From: Lama glama
Taxonomy: Eukaryota
Reading direction: 5' to 3'
Length of the DNA stretch: 64,000 nucleotides
Assembly: GCA_028534125.1 (NCBI GenBank)
Contig: CM052832.1
Span: 8,000,001 to 8,064,000 of the forward strand
The translations under genes and the position numbers were made by a program. Shown piece by piece: positions 42,985 to 56,633 of this stretch; the stretch's first letter is position 1, and each line of letters starts with the position of its first letter. The notes beneath the pieces were generated by a model. That model ran no database searches, was not told the DNA's origin, and saw nothing but the letters and a program-made list of their open reading frames with translations.

Positions 42985-45239
42985 CCCTACTCCTGCTTCT
43001 GCCTCCATTTTCTACTCTTCCCTTTCAAGGCAAAGTGAAGATGGGTCTCAGTCCCCCTATCATTTCAGAACTGTCCAGCCTGTATGATCCTCCCTGGGTC
43101 AGTGTGTCCATCCTCCCTGCCCAAACAGAGGAAGGGTATGGTCCCAAAGGGCATGGATCATTTTCATCCCACAGCAGAGGAAGAATCTCACTTGGTGGCT
43201 CATTCCAATGTTTCTCTCCCACCCATGATTTTTGGGAAGTCCTGCCTTGTGGCTGACTTCAAACCCTCTTCCTCTGGTTTCACTTCATTCCACCTAGTTC
43301 AGTCCTCACTGCAGACAGAAAGCAGAGTTCCTAACCCTGGCCTTTCCTAACCAATATAGGATCTCACATTCCTCATTTAGTTGTTCTGATCTTCCTCCTC
43401 TTCCCCATCCCCAATGCCTTCCTAACTCCACTTCAGGGGGCTTTGCAAGAGAGATAGCCGAACTTCTTTTGGCCAACCTCAGAGTTCCCAGGAGATAAAA
43501 GACCACCTCCCTTTTCTCCATACACACACATTACTCTTCCTTAGAAGCCCAGGGTAAAGAGAGCTGAAGAGAGGGGGATGTGGTAGGAGCCAGCTGACCA
43601 GTTGTTCACCATGGCAATTGGGCCTGTTTCCTGAAGAGGAGCCTGGCTAGGGTGGGCAGAAATGGGGAGTCGGAGCATGACAAAGGGAACCAGAAAACAG
43701 AGAAAAGGACCAGAGGGGCCCAGCCTCAGAGAAGACTGGGACTGAGGGTGCAAAGTCAGAACTCTGACCCTGTGACCTGAGTCAAAGTCCCCAGGTTATC
43801 TTTCCAGATGACACTGCCAATGGGTCTCTCTTTCCCATTCCAGAATGCCCCCAGAAGGGCTTCCTGTCCGAGTGCAGGCTCGGGGCTGGAGACAATCAGT
43901 GACTCAATGCTGTCCTCATGTGGCCGGAAAAGGGGCTGCCATGCACCTGTTATGGTTTAGAGCTGCACACGGGACTGGATTGAGGCAAGTTTTTCCTTAA
44001 AATCAGCCTCCGTATAGACTGAGAGAGCTGGTCACTGCACACTCCTGAGTTCTTGTGTCCTTGCGAAGGGCTCAGATGTCCACAGCCCCTTCGACCTTCA
44101 TAATTGAAAGAAAGTTTCAGTGAAAACTTGTTTAAAGTTTTGGATTAGGAACAGGAAAACACAGCTCTACACTTTCCAACTGTTTTTGATCTTGGGCAAG
44201 TCAGTTCACCTTTCTGGGTCCCAGATTCCCAACTTTAAAATGGAGATGATTTTGAACCCAAGTGGTCAGGGTCTGGAGTTGTCAGAGACTGTACTTTTGC
44301 TCCAGCCTTTGAGGGTTAGAGAGGAACGTGCTCTGGGAGGAAGTTGAGAATGTCAGAAATCACACTGACCCCAAGGAAAGGAGAGGCCTTAGTTTCCTGG
44401 GGCTTTCCCCTCATGGCTCCTCACTGCCTCATGCTCACCGCTTCCTCCAGATTCTGGCTGTCAGTGGGGGTGGAGAGCAGTGGGTCATCTCTCTCCCCAC
44501 CCTCCTCTCTCCACTCACCCTCCCCCACCAAACAGAGACTAGGTACTTCTTGTCTCCCTGGCCCTCTCCTCTTCCCATTTCCAGTTCAAATGGAACCTCC
44601 GCTTCCCCTTGGCCCCCTGGGTAGTTGGCCCCACCATGTGCTCCTCCAGCACCCTGTTCTCACTCCTATCAGAGCACAATCAGTCTGTGTTGTAACTGCC
44701 AGGGGGCTTTTTGGAGGCTGGAACATGGGACATTTTTAGTAGGGGAGGGGGAAGGGGGGTTGTTGGTTATTACTGTTACTGTGATACTTGGTTTTGCTTC
44801 CAGCAGAGAGAAAAATGTCAGACACATAGGAGAAGCTTTATACAATAAAGTGAGGTTGCATGGGGGAGGAGGGTAGGGAAGCCAGTTAGTAGCTGTCTAT
44901 GCCTCACTCCAGCTTCCTTCTCCCAATGCCAGAGATGGAAAAGGGAGAGATTTTCTTGGAGATGACCTTCTAACAGCATTGCTGGCACTTGGGGTAGGGG
45001 ACAAATCATGGGGCACTTATTGGGCTCCATGTGGGTGGGGTTTGCCCAAGGAAAGTAAGGACAGGGAAGGAGGCATTAGGGCTGTGGCTGTGGCTGTGGA
45101 GGGAACCTCAGCAGAGTGCAGCCCAGCGTGTCTGGGCCTCCACATTCCAGCCCCACCAGGAGGAACTAAACTTCCCTAACTAGATGTTGCAAACGCTCAA
45201 GGCCAGTGTTTTATCCCTGGTGAGGAATGACCACTCCAC

Positions 45240-45386
45240 TTTTTAATTTTGGGGGGGGTAATTAGGTTTATTATTATTTTTAATGGTTTATTATTATTAT
45301 TTTAATTATTATTTTTAATGGGGATTGAACCCAGGACCTTGTGCATACTAAGTTTGTGCTCTACCACTAGGCTATATTATTTTTTT
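45240..45386 (-). mobile_element. Second camelid-type tRNA SINE (partial)
   Basis: GGGGGTAATTAGGTTTATT...GGGATTGAACCCAGGACCTTGTGCATACTAAG..CTCTACCACT. Confidence 0.75.
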
Positions 45387-45431
45387 AGACAACAATCTTC
45401 CTGAGAAAAACCACTTTCAAAAAACACATCC

Positions 45432-45930
45432 TTTCAACAGCCTAAATGTCCATCAACAGGTGACTGGATAAAGAAGATGTGGTATATTTATACAATGGAA
45501 TACTACTCAGCCATAAAAACCAACAACATAATGCCATTTGCAGCAACATGGATGCTCCTGGAGAATGTCATTCTAAGTGAAGTAAGCCAGAAAGGGAAAG
45601 AAAAATACCATATGAGATCGCTCATATGTGGAATCTAAAAAACAAAAACAAACAAACAAACAAAAACAAAGCATAAATACAGGACAGAAATAGACTCATG
45701 GACAGAGAATACAGACTTGTGTTTACCAGGGGGGTAGAGGGTGGGAAGGGATAGACTGGGATTTCAAAAATTGTAGAATAGATAAACAAGATTACACTGT
45801 ATAGCACAGGGAAATATACACAAAATGTTATGATAAATCACAGAGAAAAAAATGTGACAATGAGTGTGTATATGTCCATGAATGACTGAAAAATTGTGCT
45901 GAACACTGGAATTTGACACAACATTGTAAA
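45432..45930 (+). mobile_element. Young-looking L1 3' end running into the assembly gap
   Basis: CAGCCTAAATGTCCATCAACAGGTGACTGGATAAAGAAGATGTGGTAT...; its 3'UTR differs from the other L1 copies in the window. Confidence 0.88.
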
Positions 45931-46430
45931 NNNNNNNNNNNNNNNNNNNNNNNNNNNNNNNNNNNNNNNNNNNNNNNNNNNNNNNNNNNNNNNNNNNNNN
46001 NNNNNNNNNNNNNNNNNNNNNNNNNNNNNNNNNNNNNNNNNNNNNNNNNNNNNNNNNNNNNNNNNNNNNNNNNNNNNNNNNNNNNNNNNNNNNNNNNNNN
46101 NNNNNNNNNNNNNNNNNNNNNNNNNNNNNNNNNNNNNNNNNNNNNNNNNNNNNNNNNNNNNNNNNNNNNNNNNNNNNNNNNNNNNNNNNNNNNNNNNNNN
46201 NNNNNNNNNNNNNNNNNNNNNNNNNNNNNNNNNNNNNNNNNNNNNNNNNNNNNNNNNNNNNNNNNNNNNNNNNNNNNNNNNNNNNNNNNNNNNNNNNNNN
46301 NNNNNNNNNNNNNNNNNNNNNNNNNNNNNNNNNNNNNNNNNNNNNNNNNNNNNNNNNNNNNNNNNNNNNNNNNNNNNNNNNNNNNNNNNNNNNNNNNNNN
46401 NNNNNNNNNNNNNNNNNNNNNNNNNNNNNN
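45931..46430. other. Assembly gap (500 N, placeholder size)
   Basis: Run of exactly 500 N. Confidence 0.99.
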
Positions 46431-47639
46431 AGTCTTATTCCTTCATCTTTTCTTTGTTCATGTGTTGAATTCTAAAGGACAAAGGACCCTTGCTTTCCTT
46501 TTCCTTGCCCCACACTCCAAACGTCATCATCCCTGTTACCATTACAATTTCATCTCCTTCCTACACTTCCATTCCCATTCATTAATGGCCTGGGAGAAGC
46601 TTGTGGCTGAGAGAAGCCAATGAGTGTGGGAAGGGGCATAGGTGCTGGAAAGGCAACAGGATGCGCTGTTCCTGATGGAAACTGCAAACCAGGAGCATCA
46701 TCCTCCAACGCACCCTCCCTCCCTCTGGGCACATGGGGCCTAGTTAATTAAACGTCTGCTCCCTAGTTCACAAAGTGTTGACAACATCTCACAGGACTGT
46801 GAAGTGGTAGAAGTGAGTCTGCACATTCTAGTAACTGGGAGAGGAAGGCTTCAGGGACGATCCCAAGGTGGGTCAGCTCAGAGCCTTTGCTCCACTAACT
46901 CCCTTGCTCCCTGCTCCAGAAATGAAGTGGGGATGCTGTTTCCCCTCCCAGGGCCAAAGTCCAAAGCAAAGCAAGAATCACTCCTGTGGACCAATGTCAG
47001 GAATAGAGACTCCTCAGAAGGTTTCTAATGGGAAAATTTCAAATCTTGCACCAGCACATAAATTCTCTCTTCTCTTCTGGAAGTCTTCCAGGATAACTTC
47101 TCCAGCTCTCTGACACTCACTAAGCCCTGACTGTGAGCCTTGCGTGGCGAGAGGCAGAGAGGCATGAACAAGACAGCCTTCAGCCCACTGCGGGGAGCTG
47201 CAGCAGACCAAGTGTGAACCATAGCAGTGTGGGAGGCACATCAGAGTCTCCCAGCTCAGCCTGGAGAAGGGGGCTCAGGGCTCCCAGCCCCAGGGAAAGC
47301 ATGGACAGGCACAGCCCTGACAGAGGGACCATAGCCCGGGAGCCCTAGAGGGAGGCAGGAGGAGCTGAAAGTGGCCCTGCAAGTAGGGGTCAGGTCACAG
47401 AGGGCCACAATGCCCTGCTAAGTAGTTCTGACCTTAACTTAGGGTGAGGGAAGCCACTGAAGGCTATTGAAGATGGCTTAAAAACCCCTGGTTCTCCAGA
47501 AGCCTATTTTTCCCAGCAGCACTTGCAACCCTAGATGTTCCCAAGATACTTTTTATCCTACCCAGGCCTCAAAGACCCACCTGACCTTCGGCTGCTGGAG
47601 GCATCCAGAGGAAGCGGGGACTGATAGACTATGGCCTGC

Positions 47640-47915
47640 AGAGGGCAAGCTTATCGCTGGTTTCTATATGGCCTGTGGATAAGAATGGTTTTTACATTTT
47701 CTTAATGGTTGAAAAAAATCAAAAGAAGGATAATATTTTGGCATGTGAGAAATATATGAAATTTGAATTTGTGTCCATAAAGTTTTACTGAAACATACTT
47801 ATTTACCTGTTGTCTTTGGCTAGTTGATAGTTGTGACAGAGACCACATGGCTTGCAGAGTCTGAAATATTTACCCCCTTAACCTTTTATAGAAAAGCGCT
47901 GCAGACCCCTGCTCT
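47640..47915. mobile_element. MER58-like hAT element
   Basis: AAGAATGGTTTTTACATTTT...GTTGTGACAGAGACCACATGGC...CAGACCCCTG terminus. Confidence 0.65.
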
Positions 47916-48339
47916 GGGTAAGAAGTGAGGTCTCCGAGGGAGCAGAGACTCAGCCTGGGCAGAGGCCGCCTGCTGCTGCTCGGACTGGGAAGTCTCTTAG
48001 TTAGCGTGCACCACTGGCCTTTCAGAGGGGTCGGGGAAGCCGCTGAGGGGTAAAGGGCAAGAGATGAATAAAGCAACTGAGGCATCGGGACGTCAGCGAC
48101 TGTATCAGCACAGGGAGTAGCTCTGGGTCCTTAACCCCCAGAACAAGCAGCCTCCCAAGCTCAGCGCCTGCCAGATATATTCTGTCAGTTCCCGTCTTCC
48201 CAGTACCACCAGGCTTACACCTCCGAATACCCTGAACTGACATCCCCCCAGGGCAACAGACCTGACACCTGACGTTCAGATCCACTGGACAGTGGAGCAG
48301 GTCTGCACGGCCAACTTGGGCCCCATTTCTTTGTCTAGT

Positions 48340-51300
48340 TTCCATATTCTGCTGTACGTGCGTGATAAGTCTCTTGCACAGCTTTTGCTCATTTGATTGT
48401 TGGTATATTATTTTTTGATGCAATGGCAAGTGTAAATTTTCCTTCATTTTCTGTTTCCCAGAGAGTTTGAAAAGCACTTGATTGTTGTGTATTGATCCCA
48501 CAACTTGGTAAACTACCTTATTAATTCTTAATTTGTCCATCAGTTTTGTGCTGTTTTCTAGGTACAACCCTAGCTGTCATCTGAGAACAATGGCATTTTG
48601 GTTTCTCCCTTTCTAACCCTTGAATCTCTTATTTCTTGTTACACTGCACCAACTAGGACCTGCAGAACAATGATGAGTGGAAATAGTGATTCTGGGCATC
48701 CCTGTCTCATTTCTGATCAGAAAAAGAATGCTTCTAATTAATATTGTTAAAATGGTCATACTACCCAAAGCAATCTACAGATTTAATGCAACCCCTGTCA
48801 AGTTACCCATGACATTTTTCCCAGAACTAGAACAAATAGTCCTAAAATGTATATGAAATCACAAAAGACCCAGAATTGCCAAAGCAATACTGAGGAAAAA
48901 GAACAAAGCTGGAGGCCTGACCCTCCCCTAGTTCAGGCAATACTACAGAGCTACAGTAATCCAAATAGTGTGGTATTGGCACAGAAACAGACATATGGAT
49001 CAATGGAACAGAATAGGGAGTCCAGAGATAAACCCACGCATCTATGGTCAATTAACTTTCGACAGAAAGGCAAGATTATACAATGGAGAAAAGACAGTCT
49101 CTTCAGGAAGTGGTGTTGGGAAAACTGGACAGCCACACGTAAATCAATGAAGTTAGAACTCTCCCTCACACCATACACAAAAATAAACTCAAAATTGCTT
49201 AAAGACTTAAACATAAGACAGGACACCATAAATCTCCTAGAAGAGAACGTAGGCAAAACATGCTCTGACATAAATTGCAACAATGTTCTCCTAGGCCAGT
49301 CTCCTAAAGCAATAGAAATAAAAGCAAAAAATAAACAAGTAGATCATAATCAAACTTACAAGTTTTGCACAGCAAAGGAAACCAAAAACAAAATGAAAAG
49401 ACAACCTATGGAGAAATATTTGCAAATGATGCGACTGACAAGAGCTTAATTTCCAGAATAAATAAACAGCTCATACAACTCAGTAATAACAACAACAACA
49501 AAAATAAACAACCTAATAAAAAAATTGGCAGAATATCTGAATAGGCATTTTTCCAATGAAGACATACAGATGGCCAAGAGGCACATGAAAAAAATACTCA
49601 ACATTGCTAATTATCAGAGAAACACAAATCAAAATTACAATGACTTATCGCTGAACACAGATCAGAATGGCCATCGTCAAAAAGTCCACAAACAATAAGT
49701 GCTGGAGAGGTTGTGGAGATAAGGGAGCACTCCTACACTGCTGGTGGGAATGTAGGTTGGTGCAGCCACTATGGCCAACAGTATAGAGATTCCTTTAAAA
49801 ACTAAAAATAGAGTTACCTAGCAATTCCATTCCTGGGCATATAGCCAGAGAAAACTCTAATTCAAAAAGATATGTGCACCCCAATGTTCACAGCAGCACT
49901 ATTTACAATAGCCAAGACATGGAAACACCTTAAATGACCACTGGCAGGTGACTGGATAAAGATGTGTTATATATAACAATGGAATAGTACTCAGCCATTA
50001 AAAAGAATGAAATAATGCCATTTGCAACAATATAGATGGACCTAGAGATTATTGTACTAAGTGAAGTCAGACAGAGAAAGGCAAATATCATATGGTATCT
50101 CTTATATGTGGGATCTAAAAAAATGATACAAATGAACTTATTTATAAAACAGAAAAAGACTCACAGACATAGAACAGAAATTTATCGTTACCAAAGGGGA
50201 ATGGGTGGGGGAGGGATAAATTAGGAGTTTGGGATTAGTGGATGCAAACAACTATATATAAAATAGATAAATAACAAGGACCTACTGTATAACACAGGGC
50301 ATTATATTCAATCTTGTAATAACCTATAATGAAAAAGAATATGAAAAAGAATACATATGTATGTATAACTGAATCACTATGCTGTACACCAGAAACTAAC
50401 ACAACAGTATAAATCAACTATACTTCAATAAATATATAAATAAGAAGAGTGTTTCTAACACTTCATCATTGGGCATACTTAGTCTTTCTGTCTCTAACAT
50501 ATATTTTTATCTGAATAGGTATCAAAATTTTTTTTTGCATCTATTGAGAATATTCTTTAAAATTCCCTTAATCTATTTATAGATTTAATCCATTAGTAGA
50601 CCTACTAATATTAGACTGAAAGTATTTATTTCTTTAAAGCTCTGTAGAACTCGCCTATAAAACTGCCTGACTGTTGTTTTCTGTATGAAAACATTTTAAC
50701 TAAGAACTCAAATTTTTTAATGGTCTAGGACTACTCAGATTTTCTATTATGCCTTAAGTCAATTTTGTTTAATAGTTTTTCTGAATGTTTCTTGAAAGCT
50801 TTAAAGATTATGGCATTCTATTTCCTTTGACTATCTTTTTAATCTCTGTTCTATCTTAAGTATGTCCCCTTTTTTCACTCCTAAAATTGTTTTTTGTGTA
50901 TTTTCCTTTTTTCTCATAAACAGTTTCACCAGAAATTTATCTGTTTTCTGTTGATCGACATACTTTGTTTTCTGCTTCTTTAATTCTTTAATTTCTTTAC
51001 TTTTTTCTTTTATTTGAGAAATTTCCGCTAAAGTGTTTCTCATGATTTCTACTTTCTTTGGGTCAGTTCTGTTCTTCTTTTTCTATTTTGTTAACTTTAA
51101 TGTTTAGCACTTTCAATTTCCACCTTTCCCCTTTTCCAATGCAAGGATTTAGGATTTTTTCTCAAGTAGTATTTTAGCTATATCCCACAAGTGTCAATAT
51201 ACAGTATTTTTATTATAACTCAGTTTTAAAGATTTTGATTCCCCTTATGGCATCTTTATTGATAATTCAAAAGTGTTTAAAATGTTCAATTATTCTTATA

Positions 51301-51350
51301 TTATCTTTTCATTATGTTGTAGACATACAATGATACTGATCTTTTGTATT
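48340..51350 (-). mobile_element. Old antisense L1M remnants (48340-48737 and 50460-51350) hosting a nested younger L1
   Basis: T-rich degenerate ORF2 text (CTAGGACCT..AGAACAATG...GGGCATCCCTGTCTCATTTCTGATC) that resumes after the insert. Confidence 0.65.
48738..50444 (+). mobile_element. 5'-truncated L1 (ORF2 C-terminal part plus 3'UTR)
   Basis: ORF fragments [15 protein letters not shown] and [28 protein letters not shown] with A-rich tail, TSD AAGAATGCTTCTAA (48724) / AAGAGTGTTTCTAA (50445). Confidence 0.93.
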
Positions 51351-52757
51351 TGACTTATGGAGGATGTGGTTAATAGTTACATATGCTCCATGTGTGCCGG
51401 GATGGCAGGATGGTGGACTGAGGAGAGGGGAGGAGGGCCACTCTGGATTGGAGGGGCCTGGAAGTCTGTTAGAGGCATTGTGAAGCACCAAGGAGAGCCG
51501 CCCAGGAGGCAGAGGCTGATGGCCAAAGTCAGGTGAGAACAAAATCTCTCAGGGGAGTGGGGTAAGAAAGCCAGAAACTGTGGTCTAGGCCATTCTGGAA
51601 TGGTAAATGGGGCATCTTTGGTAACCTTGCTTTTTATATGCGTATCAGCATCTCTTGACTCCCTAAGGGCAGAGTATCCAGAGTATCTGTGGCCTAACGG
51701 GTGTGGTGGAGTCCTGCCTACCTGCTGCTGCTGTCAGCCCAACCCCAAAATGTCAGTCCTCCTCCTGCCATCACACCCAACAGGCATCCCTCTTTGTCTT
51801 GAGCGTTGTTCAGTGTTCCAGGCCCCCTTTGACTAAGAAGGTAAACTGGAACCCCAAATCAGTTCGGTCCAGAGCAGATTATAGGCAAGGGAAGGTGCAG
51901 GGGCTGGGTGGCATCACAAACAACCCTGACCTGCTTAACTGTTCTGCCTGCCACCAGCCCTGCCCCAGGCACAAGTCACTCCTCAATGTGCAGGTCTCAG
52001 CTGGATGGATTTCTAGGTCATTCGCTGGGCCCAGTGCCTTCCTGGCCCACCTGCACCCAGATAAGGGACTGGCTGGACTGTGGTAGTGCGGCTGGACAGT
52101 AAGGAACTCACAACAGAAGGGCCTCAGATTACACATCAGAAAAGCCCTCACTGGTTTCACCTGGGAAGGATGACATGGGACTTCGGGATGCCTGGATGTT
52201 TGGGATCCCTGGGATGTGAAAAGAGATGACTCTCTGGGATGTTTTGGAGGCAGGTGCACAAAGCCTGTGTTATGGTGCCACCTTGTCACATGAGGCCTTG
52301 TACCTTTCACTGCCTGGGAACTTTCTCATCTGTGTGCGCATATATCAGAGAAAGGGACCGAGAGAGAGAGAGAGACTCAGGGATAGAGGGACAGAGAATT
52401 ATACTTACCTGGTGCTTTGCAGTTTACAAAATATTTTTCCATCCTTTAACCTTTGCAGCCTCAGTTCCCTGTAGTAAAATGGGCATGGCAGTTGTCACCA
52501 CTTTGTAGGATTATTAGGAGACCGTAGAAGTCAATATATGTAAGACAGTGAGCCGAGTGGCAGGTGAACGTTATTCATTAACTCAGTGGAGTTTCACAAC
52601 AGGGAGAGGTAGGCAAGTCAAGTATTATTACCCCTGCTTTACAGATGAACACCTCCGAGTTGGAAAGTGCGTAGTTCAAGGTCACTCAGACTTAAGAGCA
52701 GTAGAGCCTGGCTCCCACCCCCCATTTGCCTGGGGTCAGTTGCGAAGGGCCGCGCTC

Positions 52758-52771
52758 CCGCCAGGGGGCAC
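52758..52771 (+). promoter_or_regulatory. CTCF core motif in a small intergenic CpG patch
   Basis: CCGCCAGGGGGCAC inside CpG-rich 52740-52915. Confidence 0.5.
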
Positions 52772-54214
52772 ACGCGGGACGGGTAATGTCACTTTCCCTC
52801 CTCGCTCGCCGCTAGGCGGGGCTGAGCTAGACCCCGGCTCTCTCCGTTCCCGGCCCGGCCCTGCGGTTCTCGCTGCCCTGCCAGAGGCAGGGACCCCAAT
52901 GGCGGTTCGCACTTGGCTGGGGCAAAGGAAATAAGGCCTAGTTCTCAAAGATGCTGGGGAGGAGACCCAAGAATGTGCAGGGAGGAGCAGCGAGCCACTT
53001 AGACCAAGGTGGGAAGGGGGCAGGGAGTGCACCAGGCTGAGGGGGTCCTAATGACTCTTGGCACCACGTATCTTTAAGGGGCCTCACCTCCTGCACCCAG
53101 ACTCCCCTGCAGAGTCCCTCAATTTCCTTAGTAAGTCTGTGCATGTCACCCTGTTTAAAGAACAAGGATCTGGGCCACAGAGGATGGTTGACTTGTCCAG
53201 GGTCACACAGGTGGCATTTGGCAGGCACAAGATGGAATCCTAGGCTGTAAATCGGAACCCCTCCCCCCAACCATAGAAAGGCCTGGGAGAGGGTGGCTGT
53301 GATGAACAGAAGCCCCCACTTTGTGGGGTCCTGCTGACTCGTTTAGCACTTGCCCTGCCGTTTGGAGCCAGCCAGCCAACTGGCTCACTGGTACGGAGCA
53401 CTAGGGCTGCCAAGGCTGTGGAGGGATCTAGTGAGCACATACTTCCTGGAGGAGACCCACACAGGAAGCCAGGTCATGTGGAGATGAGCTAGTCCCAGCT
53501 GGGACTCAGGCTCTTAATGGGCTGGGGGGCGGGGGGTGGGTAGGAAGCAAGAACCATGGGCTCTGCCTGAGATGCCCATCTCCACACTCCCTGCCAACTT
53601 GCCCCACCCGCCAGATGGGCCTCACCACCAGCCTGCCCCTCTTCCTGTGTCAAGACTTGGGTTTTAGGCAGGGCCTGCTGGCCAGAGAACCAGCCTATCT
53701 CTTTAAAGTGACTCTGCACTTTTCTGCTCACACCCATTTTGAATCACTATAACATAACATTGAGAATAATTTTCCCAATTGGGGGTTTCCTGTCAAGCAT
53801 CCCCACTTCATAGTAGCCTCACCACGTTCTTTCCATATTCATCCCAAAGAAGAGAAACACATATTCCAATCCATCAGATATACCTGAGGCTTCACTCCCA
53901 TTTTTAAGGACTGCTAGTTTTACTGGGGCTCTTGGCTTTTCAAAGGTTTAAAGCTTCAACAATTCACCACATAAGGTTAAAGAGGGAAATGTCTGTGTGC
54001 AGTGGCAGCCACCCCAGGGGGTACAGCAGCTGAATACACAGACCACAGCTTGCAGCAGAAACGTCACAAGGTGATGACCAGCATTAGTCATGGCAGAATG
54101 AGGGATACCTGGGTGACTCTCGCTCTGCCCTTGCCCACCTTATAGGAAGCAAAGTGCTGGGAGGAAAAGTGGGGAGGTCCAGAGCTGCCTCCCACAGGCA
54201 GTGCTGTCTGCAGA

Positions 54215-54247
54215 GCGCCCCCTTGTGGTCGGGAGCCATCACTGCAG
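54215..54247 (-). promoter_or_regulatory. CTCF site with upstream (ZF9-11) motif
   Basis: Minus strand reads CTGCAGT-N12-CCACAAGGGGGCGC. Confidence 0.7.
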
Positions 54248-56103
54248 TCGGGCCGTCAGGACCTTTTCTAACCCTCAGCTCTCCCCATTCTCAGGTGAAG
54301 ACACTGAGATCATGTGTGAAACCCACATTTTTCGGCATTTACATTAGAAAAATTTTTGGAGAAAATATTTTAGTAATTTTCTTCAACATCAATTTCAGTA
54401 CAAAAATAAGTGACTGTAATCAAAATTTTTTTTTGTCCTTCAAATCACTGCTGGGGTGAGAGAAACCTCCTTAACATCCACCTCTATCCTATGGGCACAG
54501 GCCATAGGGTGGGTGCCACCCAGCCAGCACAGCTAGGTCCGGCTGTGAAGACTGTGTGGGGAGGGACAAGCAGATGCGAGGAAGCAAACATTTTTAGTAC
54601 TTCTGGAAACAGGCAGCTTAAATTTGCAGGTTAAAAAGTGAAAACATTAAGTAGATTGTAGACCTGTACCTGCAAAACATGACTGGTCGCTGGAGTAAAA
54701 TCAGAGTGTTAAGTCAGTTACAAAAGTTCTGAGGTGCGGAGAAGGCAGGAATTGCAGACTGGCTGTTGCTGGTGGTGGCGGAGGCTCAGGAAACGCTTGG
54801 CATGCCCCAGGGAAAGACACCAGCCCGTGACTCAATCTGTTTTCAGATTACTCTGTGGCCGTGTGTGGGATGGGCTGGATGAGGCTTGGCAGGAGTCCTG
54901 AAAGGCCAAGCAGGAAGCAGGGAAGGGACCCAGGGAAGAAAACACAGGGTCCCTGAAGAGCTGCGGTGCTGAGGAAGGAGCCCGGTAGGTCTCTCGGGTT
55001 GGGGTACCGTGGGGAAGTCGAGGTGGACTGAGAGGGAGTGGAGCAAGGGTGCCGTTTTCCATCAGCCTCACAGCCTAAGGGCTCTGTGGAGACTGGAGAA
55101 CACCCAGGGTGCCGCTTGCTTTTTGAACCAGATGGAAAAGGAATATCTTGTTTTCCACAAACCTTAGGTTAAGTATCCTGGTTTTACGTGTGCCCTGGAG
55201 TATATGTGTGGACTTGGTTCCCAGTATGACAAAATACTTAACTCCCTATTAGGACGTCAGAGCACATCAGACCCTTGAAAATGTGCTAACAGTCCTTAAT
55301 GAAGCCTGAAGCCTTCAATTAAATGAAACAGTGAGAAACAAAGCCCTGACATAAGTGCCAAGGGTGGGGGGGGGGCACAACACGTGGCGGGGGGCGCACA
55401 GTGGCCAGAGCTCTGGTTCCACTTCCTATCGGGAAGAATCACTTTTGAGAAGGGGGACCCAGTGGTGCGGCCCCCTCCACTGAGGCCTCTCATGGTGCCA
55501 GGCCACCTCACACCTCCCTAGGCCAGAGTTTGGGAAGAGAAGGGGAAGGCCCAGCTTCACCAAGGACACACAGGCTCCTTGTTCCCCAGGAAGTTTGCGC
55601 TTCGGTGTCAGGGCAGAGTGCCAGGTAGGGGACAACCCTCAGGCTGCATCCCCTCCCTGCCAGGGAGTGCAACCAGGAGCTTGGCAGGGAGGTGGAGCTG
55701 GCCAGTTTGAGAGAACTCACTCCTGGGGCTGCGGAGTGAGGACACAGTGGAGATGGTGACAGTGAAGACAAAAGAAAGATGGAGCACTGCCTCCATCCCC
55801 AGACAGGGGAATGAAAGAAGGAATGAAGCAGCAAAGGAAAATGACCTTTCCAGATCTCGATCAACAGTCTGGGTGTCCTGGCTCCTGCCCGGCCCCTCCT
55901 CTGTGGCCCCAGCAGGAGGCACTGTAGCCCCTCCGAGGCTAAGAGGACCAACAGCCCCCATGCCTTGGCCCAGGTCCAGTGCTGGCCAAGGCCCAGCTGG
56001 GTCATGCTCATCCCCCCAGACTCAGGCTGCCGTCCCTCTACCCTTTGCTGGGCATGAAGCCGTGGCTGGAGGACACAGGGAGCCACGGGGGAAAAAAAAA
56101 AAG

Positions 56104-56109
56104 TTTATT
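56104..56109 (-). terminator. SLC29A1 polyadenylation signal
   Basis: AATAAA on the minus strand ~525 nt after the stop codon, followed by a U-run. Confidence 0.75.
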
Positions 56110-56633
56110 TAATCAGAGAGCCTTTGAAGGCACCTGGCTTGAGTATTAAAAAAAGGCAGTAAAATGGCAACTGTACAGGGTTCATGATGGGTAGGAACAC
56201 GGGGAGGTGGCGGGGGAGAGGCACGTGGGGAGAAGGGGGCGGAAATATCAGATCGGACTTTAGAACAGACATTCCTGGCCCCTAGCAACCCCTGGTACAG
56301 GCAGATGGACAGACAGACACACACACACTCTCTGAGCCAAGGAGCCTCTGCGGCTCTGCTCAGGCAGGGATCAGTCAGAGCCAAGTATGTAGGAGGGCAC
56401 TTGAGCAGACACAGAGCCTGCATCCCCCCCTTGACTTGAACCCTCAGGCCCACAATGTCCCCACTGTCCATCCACAGAAGCTCTCTCCTCGGGGCCGGGA
56501 TGCTGAGCCCAGCACAGGCCGTGAGAAAGCAGCAATCAGCTAGAAGAGAAATCCTCCAGGCGACCCCTGCCCACAATGAAGGAGGAAGCGGGCAGGAGCT
56601 GATGGCCAGGGCTGTCCTTCCGTCCATTCTCGG

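Noticed and set aside
45913..46623. ORF spanning the first N run (and similar ones at 61385-62338)
   Set aside because: Artefacts of translating N.
48847..49449. 200-aa ORF
   Set aside because: Frameshifted fragment of L1 ORF2 in a truncated copy.
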